DNA from: Escherichia coli
GTDB lineage: Bacteria > Pseudomonadota > Gammaproteobacteria > Enterobacterales > Enterobacteriaceae
Direction: 5' to 3' (one strand)
DNA length: 64,000 nucleotides
NCBI RefSeq assembly: GCF_041248615.1
Contig: NZ_CP158425.1
Positions 53,897 through 63,524 of the stretch are shown here, in pieces (positions within the stretch are counted from its first letter, which is position 1; each line of letters opens with the position of its first letter). The notes under the pieces are model-generated. The model made no database searches. It was not told the origin of the DNA and worked only from the letters and a program-made list of their open reading frames with translations. The translations under genes were made by a program, and so were the position numbers.

Positions 53897-54178
53897 CTAT
53901 ATTTTTGTTTTAGCTTTTTTAAAGATAGACTTACCGAATAAAACAGCAATTATAGAGCAAAGGCCTGGCGTTAGGACAAAAGCTAATAATGCACTGCCAA
54001 AACTTGTCATTTCAGGCACCAGGAACCAGCTGATAGGCCACGTCAGGGCTGGTAAATTTAGCGGATCATAAAGCGCATGTAGAGCGCTTAACACACAGTA
54101 AAGTGCTAAAAAGCAAACTAGATAAACAACGATCCACATTTTAATTTGCTCAGCAATTTCAAATTTTGGACTGCCCAT
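53897..54178 (-). CDS. small membrane protein
   Basis: 93-aa hydrophobic ORF. Confidence 0.4.
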   Translation of the reverse strand: MGSPKFEIAEQIKMWIVVYLVCFLALYCVLSALHALYDPLNLPALTWPISWFLVPEMTSFGSALLAFVLTPGLCSIIAVLFGKSIFKKAKTKI

Positions 54179-54620
54179 GCTTTACCTCAGTGGCTGAATA
54201 TTGATGGTTAATATCTTTAATCACCCGTAAGCACTTAGTGCATACCTTAGTTCGATTTGTCTGCTTGTCCAGAGTGTATTTAACTTCAAGTTGACCTCCA
54301 GCATTAAGCAAAGTGAGCATCTCATCTTCTAACACGCTTCGGTAAATGGTCTTGGCCGAGAGTGTGCCCGGTAAAGAGTACTCAACATAATTGTTTGAAA
54401 CTCTTACCGATTTAGGGATTTTACCACTGAGCTGGGTTTCATTCGTTGAAGGCATTACAGTTACTTTAATCACAGTTGCCGGTGACCAGAAATCCTGATA
54501 ACGCACTTTATGAATTTTATCAGCTCTAAGGCCTAACCACACATTTCCGGCGATAAGAACAATAAGCAATCCATAAACTGATCGTCGAATGTTACGCCTT
54601 TTAATCACAATGTCCCCCAT
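54159..54620 (-). CDS. membrane-anchored hypothetical protein
   Basis: 153-aa ORF with N-terminal TM helix. Confidence 0.45.
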   Translation of the reverse strand: MGDIVIKRRNIRRSVYGLLIVLIAGNVWLGLRADKIHKVRYQDFWSPATVIKVTVMPSTNETQLSGKIPKSVRVSNNYVEYSLPGTLSAKTIYRSVLEDEMLTLLNAGGQLEVKYTLDKQTNRTKVCTKCLRVIKDINHQYSATEVKHGQSKI

Positions 54621-54841
54621 CCCTCAAATATCATTCTAAATAACTGCACCAGGATATCATGAGCGTAATTAATAGAATTCTTCATAACCGGGGTTTTCAG
54701 TTGAGTTTGCGGACTCTTTACTTTGCGGTTTCTCACCCTCTAGTTGAGTATCCCTGACAGGCTTGGATTTACCCATGCTCCTCTGAAAGGTATCCATAAC
54801 AAACTCAATATCTTCTTCTGGCAGGCTGGTGGGTTGGTTGC

Positions 54842-55909
54842 TCATAGGACTTCCTCTTGTTGAATACGTTCGGCGTACAGGATGCGAACCGAAACGGTCG
54901 TGTTTTCAAACTCGTTCTCAAAAACGTCCATCCATTCCGTCCGGAATTCTTCCCCCAAAAGGTTATCGAGCCCCTGAAGAGATAATGGAAGAACGGCTGC
55001 TAGAGATCCCCCGGCTGCGAGATGAGATGCAGCTGCCTGGAGATGCCGCCTGGCCCGGTTATCGGCAAAAGGTGGGTTCATCACGACATAATCAAACTTC
55101 TTCTGTTGATTAGACTTAGACCATGTGAGGAAGTCAGCTTCTGTCGTATCGTATCCCTTAGCCCGGGAGATAAGGCAATTCAAAGTATCAAGCTCGATGC
55201 CAGTAACGATCACACCGGCAGGGAATGATTTAAGCAAATCCGCATGGCCAATATTAGGCTCCAGGAGGGTATCCCCTTCCCCTGCACCAAGCAGGGAAGA
55301 TACATATTCGCTGATTCGGCAAGATGAAGGGTAAAACTGATGCGATACAATATCAGGCATCTCCCCTATCTGGCCGATGTAACGAATAACCTCACACGGA
55401 TCATAGGAAAATGTCACATCGTATTTTGTTACTGTTGCCCCTAAGAACCGAAGGGTGTCAGCGGCAACACTCGAAGATTTGCGTTCGGCGAGAGACCCTA
55501 AAGATGTCCAGCAACTCCATTTATTGTCCCCGTCATTTTTAAACATCAGTTCAGAAAGCTGCATCCGGGTATCAAAGTCGATGCACTGCTTAAGTACAGG
55601 GAATGCCTCCAAAGATTTCTTGCTATGAGCCATACGGTCGGCAGGTAATGCCAGCGGTACGATAGCTGATAAAATATTGTTAAGCCGCTCGGCGATATCA
55701 GGGTGGACGTCAATATGCATTGATCCATTTTTGTAAACCCTGAAACGAATACTGTTGCCATCGATGCAGATCCATTTTCTGAACCCCTCATGTTCGACCA
55801 ACGCCTCAACCAATGATTTGGTGTTATGGATCGCCTTCACCTGTTCGCCACGGAAGAATGCGCATATAACGCGGAGCTCGCTCAGCGGTGAAATGCCAGA
55901 CTCTTTAAA
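54842..55909 (-). pseudogene. C-terminal methyltransferase domain of a gene split by IS629 copy 2
   Basis: EPNIGHADLL, TGIELD and VVMNPPF motifs; no ATG start (track start is GTG); frame open upstream to the IS boundary. Confidence 0.55.
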
Positions 55910-55967
55910 ATCCTGAACCGCCCCGGGAATCCTGGAGACTAAACTTCCTGAGAAAGAGGTAAACAGG

Positions 55968-56294
55968 ATGACTAAAAATACTCGTTTTTCCCCCGAAGTC
56001 CGTCAACGGGCAGTCCGTATGGTTCTGGAAAGTCAGGATGAATATGACTCACAGTGGGCGGCAATTTGTTCCATTGCCCCAAAGATTGGCTGTACGCCGG
56101 AGACTCTGCGTGTCTGGGTTCGCCAGCATGAGCGGGATACCGGGGGCGGTGATGGTGGGCTCACCAGCGCTGAACGTCAGCGTCTGAAAGAGCTGGAACG
56201 TGAAAATCGTGAACTGCGCCGCAGTAACGATATCCTTCGCCAGGCTTCCGCTTATTTTGCGAAGGCGGAGTTCGACCGCCTCTGGAAAAAATGA
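55968..56294 (+). CDS. IS3-family transposase OrfA
   Basis: 108 aa, nearly identical to 18179..18505. Confidence 0.9.
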   Translation: MTKNTRFSPEVRQRAVRMVLESQDEYDSQWAAICSIAPKIGCTPETLRVWVRQHERDTGGGDGGLTSAERQRLKELERENRELRRSNDILRQASAYFAKAEFDRLWKK

Positions 56295-57181
56295 TGCCAC
56301 TGCTGGATAAGCTGCGTGAGCAGTACGGGGTCGGACCGGTATGCAGCGAACTGCATATTGCCCCGTCAACGTATTACCATTGTCAGCAACAGCGACATCA
56401 TCCGGATAAACGCAGTGCCCGTGCGCAGCACGATGACTGGCTGAAGAGAGAGATACAGCGCGTATACGATGAAAATCATCAGGTGTACGGTGTGCGTAAA
56501 GTCTGGCGTCAGTTGTTACGGGAAGGAATCAGGGTGGCCAGATGTACAGTGGCGCGCCTCATGGCGGTTATGGGACTTGCCGGTGTTCTCCGGGGTAAAA
56601 AGGTCCGTACGACCATCAGCCGGAAAGCCGTTGCCGCAGGCGACCGCGTAAACCGTCAGTTCGTGGCAGAACGACCTGACCAGCTGTGGGTGGCTGATTT
56701 TACTTACGTCAGCACATGGCGGGGCTTCGTCTATGTGGCGTTCATCATTGATGTGTTTGCCGGATACATCGTGGGGTGGCGGGTCTCATCGTCCATGGAA
56801 ACGACATTCGTGCTGGATGCACTGGAGCAGGCGTTATGGGCCCGTCGACCGTCCGGCACGGTCCATCACAGTGATAAAGGTTCTCAGTATGTATCGCTGG
56901 CCTACACACAGCGGCTTAAGGAAGCCGGATTACTGGCATCAACAGGAAGTACAGGCGACTCGTATGACAACGCGATGGCGGAGAGCATCAATGGTCTTTA
57001 CAAAGCGGAGGTAATACACCGTAAGAGCTGGAAAAACCGTGCAGAAGTGGAACTGGCCACACTCACGTGGGTGGACTGGTATAACAATCGACGATTGCTG
57101 GAAAGGCTGGGCCATACTCCTCCGGCAGAAGCAGAAAAAGCTTATTATGCTTCCATCGGAAACGATGATCTGGCAGCCTGA
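56291..57181 (+). CDS. IS3-family transposase OrfB
   Basis: 296 aa, nearly identical to 18502..19392. Confidence 0.9.
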   Translation: MMPLLDKLREQYGVGPVCSELHIAPSTYYHCQQQRHHPDKRSARAQHDDWLKREIQRVYDENHQVYGVRKVWRQLLREGIRVARCTVARLMAVMGLAGVLRGKKVRTTISRKAVAAGDRVNRQFVAERPDQLWVADFTYVSTWRGFVYVAFIIDVFAGYIVGWRVSSSMETTFVLDALEQALWARRPSGTVHHSDKGSQYVSLAYTQRLKEAGLLASTGSTGDSYDNAMAESINGLYKAEVIHRKSWKNRAEVELATLTWVDWYNNRRLLERLGHTPPAEAEKAYYASIGNDDLAA

Positions 57182-57223
57182 GTTCACAGATAAAACACTC
57201 TCCAGGAAACCCGGGGCGGTTCA

Positions 57224-57847
57224 ATCCACCCTTAATTTCTGCCAGGGGTATTTAGACGGCTCGCAAACTCCGGTAGTGATCATGCGGGTGGAGAACCCAA
57301 AAGCTTTGTTTGTCTTGTGACTGCGGCTCAGAGACTGGAAGACGTCGTAAACCCTTTCTTTAATAAATTGATTGCGGTCATTAAGCAAAGCAACGACTGT
57401 GCCCACTACAGCGTCAGCTGTGAAATCAGGGATCACCTGAGGCGGCATAATATAACGGTCGGCCGTAAACTGCTTATCCCATTCGTTACGTTTGGCATCC
57501 GACATGATAGGCAAAACATCAGTGAGTGCCATAACGCGTTTCCAGTATTCTGATCTCAGAGCGTTTTCTGCGAACAAGGCATCCGCTTCTGAGATGCTGT
57601 GGTTGTAGCCTGAGAGATAAGAATAAAGTTTCTGGTGATTGTGGGTTTTGAACTGGACAGCCATGAGTTTCAACAAGCAGAGTTCATCATTATAGGACTC
57701 AACAAGATCCGCGATAATGCCGAGCTCTTTGCGCATATCTGGAAGAAATGTTTCAGGAGAGCTAACCACCAGGCTATGAGAGGTTGTTAAAGCCAGTACG
57801 CTGTGACCTGCATTATCGGGTTTAGCTTCAGAATCAAGAGATGACAT
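57224..57847 (-). pseudogene. N-terminal part of the gene split by IS629 copy 2
   Basis: ORF 57221..57847 takes its stop codon from the IS terminus. Confidence 0.5.
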
Positions 57848-57978
57848 TTTACCGGTCCTTTAGAAAAAACTTTTACCAGGATAGCAACGTCGCTCAGTAA
57901 CCTAATAGGTTCAGTGACACGAAAAAGTTTTTTATGTCTCTGAATAAAACTTAAAGATGTCAACTCATAGAAAGAAGC

Positions 57979-58005
57979 AAAAAAAAAGCCCCGCATAAAC
58001 GGGGC
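57979..58005 (-). terminator. rho-independent terminator
   Basis: GCCCCG-CATAAA-CGGGGC stem with a 9-nt T-run on the minus strand, downstream of the ParB-like gene. Confidence 0.6.
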
Positions 58006-58094
58006 AAGAACGATACATGGAGGTTTAAAAAAGGCGGGCAAAAAGCCTGAATCCTTAATGACTCTGACAAAACCAGCACTTTGCCAAAAGTAAA

Positions 58095-59258
58095 TTATTC
58101 TGCGTCCGGCTGTGGGTCAGTATCCTGATCGGTCTCTTCCCCTGCCTTCTTAGCATTTTTTTTACGTGGGTATTTTGGCTTCTCACCATTAAGTTTTGCC
58201 TGACGATTCTCCGCACGGCGAAGCTGCTTGTTCTCTGATTCTGTGATCTCTTTTGAAAGATTTCTCAACATCTCCAGAGTACTGCGGTTCAACGTAATGT
58301 TGATTTCTTCGTCAGCACTTGAATCTGTCAGCTCCGGCAATTCAATATCCCCCAGTTTCTGTAATAAGCTGGTGGTGATGAGTTTGACGCCTTCTACGGC
58401 TTTTGTGGCAATAACCGGCGGAATCCGTGCTGGCTTGAAGTCTGAAGGTCTGACTCGTACCTGACCATGTTGGGTTTTTTTCACCGTGATGCCATTCGCA
58501 TCGGCCTGCTCAAGTTCTGCGATCATCTTCTTGATACGTGAAATTGCTTCTGTTTCGCCGAGCTCATCGATCAGTGAAAGCACGTTAACATACGAAATAG
58601 CGTCAGCATGAATCCATTTCTTGATAACAACAGAACAGGTTGTCAGGCGGATAAGAGAACTGATGGTCGTCGGGCTTTTATTTTCACGTTGAGCAATTCG
58701 TTCGAGTGACCAGCCAGCAAGAGAATGTAGGCGACGATAGGACTCGCCAAGCGCAACAGGAGAAAGCGCAAGACCACGGTTACCATCAATGGTCGCGAGC
58801 TCACAGCCAATTTCATCTTCTTTAATCTCAACGCAAAGGATTGTGATGTCATGATCTTCATCACATGCCATCATTGCGGCTTTTAAACGGCAGTGCCCCT
58901 GGCGAACAAAAGGTACCCCATCAATGACACGTACTCGGATAGGGTCTACATAGTCACCTCGAATGTAGGCATTCTTGATGTTGTAGATGTGTTCTTCAAC
59001 CTCAGGGAGCTTATAGTAATCGTCACCCATTCCCATTTCGCGGGAGTTGAAGCCTGGCGTGACCTGAATTACTGAAGGGTGGATAGCCCATGCTTTCTGG
59101 TCACTTACTTCAGTACAAAGTTCAGGGTTTGCATCACGGAACTGTTTAAGCCCAGTGACGTAACGGCCTGTGCCAGTAACTACTGAAAAGGCAACATGGG
59201 CCGTTTTAAAGACCTTGTCATTAGCTTGCTGTGTAGGTTCTGTCAGTAAAACACTCAT
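58095..59258 (-). CDS. ParB N-terminal domain protein, paralog 2
   Basis: GFNSR and IDGVPFVRQGHCR motifs; upstream of the IS-split methyltransferase gene. Confidence 0.6.
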   Translation of the reverse strand: MSVLLTEPTQQANDKVFKTAHVAFSVVTGTGRYVTGLKQFRDANPELCTEVSDQKAWAIHPSVIQVTPGFNSREMGMGDDYYKLPEVEEHIYNIKNAYIRGDYVDPIRVRVIDGVPFVRQGHCRLKAAMMACDEDHDITILCVEIKEDEIGCELATIDGNRGLALSPVALGESYRRLHSLAGWSLERIAQRENKSPTTISSLIRLTTCSVVIKKWIHADAISYVNVLSLIDELGETEAISRIKKMIAELEQADANGITVKKTQHGQVRVRPSDFKPARIPPVIATKAVEGVKLITTSLLQKLGDIELPELTDSSADEEINITLNRSTLEMLRNLSKEITESENKQLRRAENRQAKLNGEKPKYPRKKNAKKAGEETDQDTDPQPDAE

Positions 59259-59606
59259 AGGGGCTCCGTTACATTTTTCTGCTTACTTTCTGCGTAGCGG
59301 GGATACTACCGAAAAAAAAATTCATAATTTTTCGCAAAAAAGGTACTTTTTGAGCCTATTCTGATTTTTTACAAAAAAAGGTGGCTCCCCATTACTTGTG
59401 ATGGCATAAAAATCGCTTCATAAACAAATACATAAATCCAAAACATAAAGTTCAGGTATAAGTGAGGAAAAATCTTATAAATCCGAAATGCTGAAAGTCA
59501 AAACTGTGCGTCTTAAACAACTTTTTTTTGCTCCCTAAGTTATTAGTTAAAGCCCGTGGTTAGGTACGATACCAGCACCTAAATTTCTCTCTCAGGTATA
59601 GACACT

Positions 59607-60440
59607 TTGACTCGACATCTCAGACACATGCCGATAATCAAATGGGCTGGTGGAAAAACGAAACTGATGCCTTTCATCAGCCATCACTACCCACACGATC
59701 ATAGTTGCCGGTGGGTAGAACCCTTTATAGGCGGTGGTGCCGTTTTTCTGAACATGTTTGCACAAAATGCATTGCTTGCAGATAGCAATCCAGACTTGAT
59801 CAACCTATACAGGACTATTCAAAGACAGAAAACTAACTTTATAAATCAGGTCCAAAACTTGGCGGATAAAACCTTTGTCGAAAAGGACTACTATGAGATG
59901 AGGGACCGTTTCAACAAAACCTGTATTTCTGGTCAATCGCTTCAAAGAGCGGCTTTGTTTTACTCCCTGAATCGCCTGGGCTATAACGGTATGTGCCGCT
60001 ATAACTCAGAAAGAATCTATTCAGTGCCGTGGGGGAAACATACAGAACTGAAGCTTGACCTCAATAAAATAGACTACCTTTCATTTCGTCTTTCAGGTAT
60101 TGAACTGATCACCGCTGGTTTTGAGGAGACTCTGGCCGCAACCGGTGAAGGAGATCAGATTTACTGTGATCCGCCATATGACAAAACAAGCAAAACTAGT
60201 TTTGTCAGTTACGATGGTAAACCGTTCAGCCAAAGCGACCACGTGCTGTTAGCAAATATGCTCGTTGACGCTCACAGAAAAGGCGCTGCTGTTGCGATAT
60301 CAAATAGCCTGACATCATTCACTTTGGGCCTCTATGAAGAGCGTGGATTCGTCATACACAGACTCAGCGCTTACCGATCCGTAGGAAGTAAGCCGAATAC
60401 ACGGAAAACGGAAACAGAAATACTGGCCGTGCTGAAATAG
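59607..60440 (+). CDS. Dam-like (D12 class) N6-adenine DNA methyltransferase
   Basis: IKWAGGK and DPPY motifs. Confidence 0.8.
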   Translation: MTRHLRHMPIIKWAGGKTKLMPFISHHYPHDHSCRWVEPFIGGGAVFLNMFAQNALLADSNPDLINLYRTIQRQKTNFINQVQNLADKTFVEKDYYEMRDRFNKTCISGQSLQRAALFYSLNRLGYNGMCRYNSERIYSVPWGKHTELKLDLNKIDYLSFRLSGIELITAGFEETLAATGEGDQIYCDPPYDKTSKTSFVSYDGKPFSQSDHVLLANMLVDAHRKGAAVAISNSLTSFTLGLYEERGFVIHRLSAYRSVGSKPNTRKTETEILAVLK

Positions 60441-60448
60441 AGTAAATT

Positions 60449-61116
60449 CTAATCAACTAGGCTAATCCATTCCTCAAAAGTTAATACCTCAGGGTAAGTT
60501 CGTTGAACATAAGGTATAAACTGAAGCTCTTCTATTCTCCGGTCGCCCCTCTTTCCTTCGCAAATAAATGAAATGAGTCCTTGCTGAGAAAGGCCAGTAA
60601 GGACGCTCATAAGTCTTATATTTAGACTTTTAAGCTGTAAGTCGTTATTAATGTCCTCCACTTTATGAGAGCTCTGGCCTGAACGTTTAAGATACTCGTA
60701 AACCATGAAATTCGAATTTCGTCGTTTTAACAATTTTTCGGTTATGCATTCCTGAATGAAGTCGCCAAGAGCATCTAAAAGCGGACTGAGAACTACCGGG
60801 AAAGTTAATGTGTAACTTTGAGAAGTTTTAGACAAAGTGAATGAGTTTAGAAAGCTAAAGTTTAGTCTCTTTTTTGAATATGGAACATAAGCGACAAGAG
60901 TAGTCGACATAACAGTAAGTAAAGCTTCAAGATGGTTCACTGTTATTAAAGTGGTTTTATCTGTATTTCTAAGATTATGGAAATCAATAAACGCTACTCT
61001 TGAACGGCTAAGCCAATCTTGTACTTTAATGTCGATAGAAAATTGCGAGATATGATTTGAACATTCATTTTGGGTGATAGGGCATGCAGACGAAAGATGG
61101 TTATGGATTATCATGC
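60449..61116 (-). CDS. hypothetical protein convergent with the Dam-like gene
   Basis: AT-rich ORF; start set at the internal Met because the longer track ORF runs through the upstream palindromic motif at 61201. Confidence 0.35.
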
Positions 61117-61537
61117 ATAGCACAAAAAAAGGAAAACGGCAGGCTGTGGGGCATTGAAAACCGGTTAAAGAAAGCTTAGACGTTTCATATGCGCTTACCG
61201 GAAAAGTAACTTTTCTTAACGTTGGCTTTGACGATGTTCTTGCATTTTTACAAATGAAACCGAGACCCAGATCATTGTGCATTTTAAAGTCCATCTCCAT
61301 CATCACCTTTTAGCCTTAACTGTATGGTATTGGTATACAAAAAATTAAAATTATAATTAATAAGATTATCATTTTTTTACAATAGAAAAGGTTCTGATAG
61401 AGGGGAATTTAAATGTAAAAGATTTATACTCGCAGATCTTTATGAGGGATAAAACCCATTGCGTAAGCAACAATATTACGTGAGTGAGTCCTAACGACAG
61501 TTAAAGTCTTGGCTCTATATTTAAGCAGCAAAAACAT

Positions 61538-62254
61538 TTAACTGTCTTGGAGTTTATTTAACTTAAAAACTGTTATTGCAGCATAATTTTTCGAATCAAA
61601 TTCATAGAATTTTCTGACTTTTCCAGTCAAATGATAACGTTCACCCAATAAAATGTGATCCTGTTTATCGGCCGTTAAAGCGATCCCGTCATTTCTAACT
61701 TTACCAGTAAATGTAAAAAAATAACTCCCTTTACTTTTTGCGTACGCGGCCCTGACTTCAGTAAATGTTAGTTCAATGCTTATGACCTGGCCGATATTGT
61801 AGCTATGTTTTAAAATTTCTTGTTCATTTTCCGGAGTTTCAGACAACATCACATCAAAAGTTGTAAAGAAACAATCCAGCTGGCGTTCTGTCAAGAAACG
61901 GTTATTGTCTAATTGCGCCAATATACTATTAGAAAACTTAGTGTTAGCCTTTTTTGCTTTCTCAATAAGGACGTGGTTTCTGGATTTCCATGCTTCGAGT
62001 GTTGGGTTAACACGCAGTTCCGGAATGTTATCGAGAAAGGTAATTGGCTCTAGTGCCACTAATTTTTCAATAATGGGTCCAACTGTTTGTACCCCATGAC
62101 ACTTTTCACATAAATCAGCCCCTTTGTGGCCTGTGCCCGCACATTCGTTACATTCTCTTTCGATAGGTGCATAATAATTTCCATCTCCGTTAAGTGATAC
62201 ATTCACTGAGGCTGGTACCATATGACCATCAAGAGTAAAGAAAAGAGATTTCAT
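61538..62254 (-). CDS. zinc-finger protein with two CxxCxGxG motifs
   Basis: CNECAGTG and CEKCHGVQ in a 238-aa AT-rich ORF. Confidence 0.45.
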   Translation of the reverse strand: MKSLFFTLDGHMVPASVNVSLNGDGNYYAPIERECNECAGTGHKGADLCEKCHGVQTVGPIIEKLVALEPITFLDNIPELRVNPTLEAWKSRNHVLIEKAKKANTKFSNSILAQLDNNRFLTERQLDCFFTTFDVMLSETPENEQEILKHSYNIGQVISIELTFTEVRAAYAKSKGSYFFTFTGKVRNDGIALTADKQDHILLGERYHLTGKVRKFYEFDSKNYAAITVFKLNKLQDS

Positions 62255-62451
62255 TTTCGAAACACCTCCAAACGTGCCTCTACGATTGCTACAGCTTCTT
62301 TCACAGTTTTTTCATAGTGGTCATGCCCTTCAGGAAATTGATCAAAACGTTTACCGTGTTCTAACTCTTCCATGTTGCGTTTAAGGACTTCATGAGTTAG
62401 AAGCAAATCACTATAATTATCGATAAGAGTCAGCTTTATAGGTTTAATCAC
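62251..62451 (-). CDS. hypothetical small protein
   Basis: 66-aa ORF overlapping the next start (ATGA). Confidence 0.35.
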   Translation of the reverse strand: MIKPIKLTLIDNYSDLLLTHEVLKRNMEELEHGKRFDQFPEGHDHYEKTVKEAVAIVEARLEVFRK

Positions 62452-62468
62452 TCAACTAATCCTCGTTT

Positions 62469-63524
62469 TTAATATTCCTTAAGGAGATCTCGAATTTCCA
62501 GAAGCTCTTCTAATTTTGGTTTAGAAACAATGATTGCTGTATTTTCGTCGTTAAGTAAAGACAATAAAATATTTAGCTTTTCATCATTCAAGATTATTTG
62601 AACACCATCATTGGAAAATATTACATTATTACTATTAACATTTTTGAACAAGTGTGCACTATCTCTACCAAATTTTAGTTCTGTTTGAGTATTCGTTATA
62701 GATTCCGTATGTGTACTTTCCACAAGCTCAAGAAATTCAGATTTTAGCCGTTCTGTTTTCTTATGCGAGAGGCGCTTAATACCCAAAGTCTTACGAGTGA
62801 CTGCCGAATTTTTCTTTTCTGGTCCGCCTTTATTTAAGGTGTCTGGTCCTGCTCCAGCTGCATTGTGTTCAGGTATGCCTACAATTTTGCTCGTTGTAGT
62901 CTCAATATTCTTAACGCCAGGTAAGAAACCTTCTATATGTTTTAAAACCATTTTGTGATCGTTGGAATATTTTAACATTATTTCAATGGCGAGCGTTTTT
63001 TTGATTAGATTTAGGCTAATCAAACGTTGAAGCTCTAATGGCATATCAAGGATTTTTAGCATATTACGAATTGCGGTAGTTGATCGTTGATATCGCATTG
63101 CTAGTTCTTCAACCGAATACCCGAGACTAACAGCATGAGCTAATGCATGAGCTTGCCCAACCGGATTTAGCCCATTGCTTCTGTTACCATCGAGGTTCTC
63201 AAGGTATTCTTCAATTTCGTTTTTATAATCGATTAGGATAACAGATAATTTTGGAATATTAGCACCTTCAGAAATTGCTAATTTTAAGCCATGAAAACGA
63301 GTATGACCTTGACGAACTAAATATTTACCTTTTCTTTTTACGACCTTGATCATATCAACCTGCCTTCCTTCCTTAAAGGCTTGTTTGATTGACACAATCA
63401 TCGACTTGACAGGTTCTTGTTCGTAACACAAATCTCCGATTACCGCCTCTCGGGGATTAAATCCCTTTTCAATTTCAACTAGATTAGTATCCACTTCAAT
63501 GACTGTATGTTTGCTGTTGTTCAT
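62469..63524 (-). CDS. ParB N-terminal domain protein, paralog 3
   Basis: GFNPR and YLVRQGHTR motifs; AT-rich. Confidence 0.55.
   Translation of the reverse strand: MNNSKHTVIEVDTNLVEIEKGFNPREAVIGDLCYEQEPVKSMIVSIKQAFKEGRQVDMIKVVKRKGKYLVRQGHTRFHGLKLAISEGANIPKLSVILIDYKNEIEEYLENLDGNRSNGLNPVGQAHALAHAVSLGYSVEELAMRYQRSTTAIRNMLKILDMPLELQRLISLNLIKKTLAIEIMLKYSNDHKMVLKHIEGFLPGVKNIETTTSKIVGIPEHNAAGAGPDTLNKGGPEKKNSAVTRKTLGIKRLSHKKTERLKSEFLELVESTHTESITNTQTELKFGRDSAHLFKNVNSNNVIFSNDGVQIILNDEKLNILLSLLNDENTAIIVSKPKLEELLEIRDLLKEY

Larger units (their letters stand above)
55914..57223 (+). mobile_element. IS629-like insertion sequence (IS3 family), copy 2, 1310 bp
   Basis: Same inverted repeats as copy 1; flanked by a 4-bp direct repeat ATCC; a few amino-acid differences from copy 1. 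Confidence 0.9.

Noticed and set aside
18125-57223. A 39-kb composite transposon bounded by the two IS629 copies
   Set aside because: Each copy has its own flanking direct repeat and each insertion can be reversed to give an open frame; the copies have diverged and the enclosed segment contains the replicon. Not fully excluded because the outermost flanks are both ATCC.
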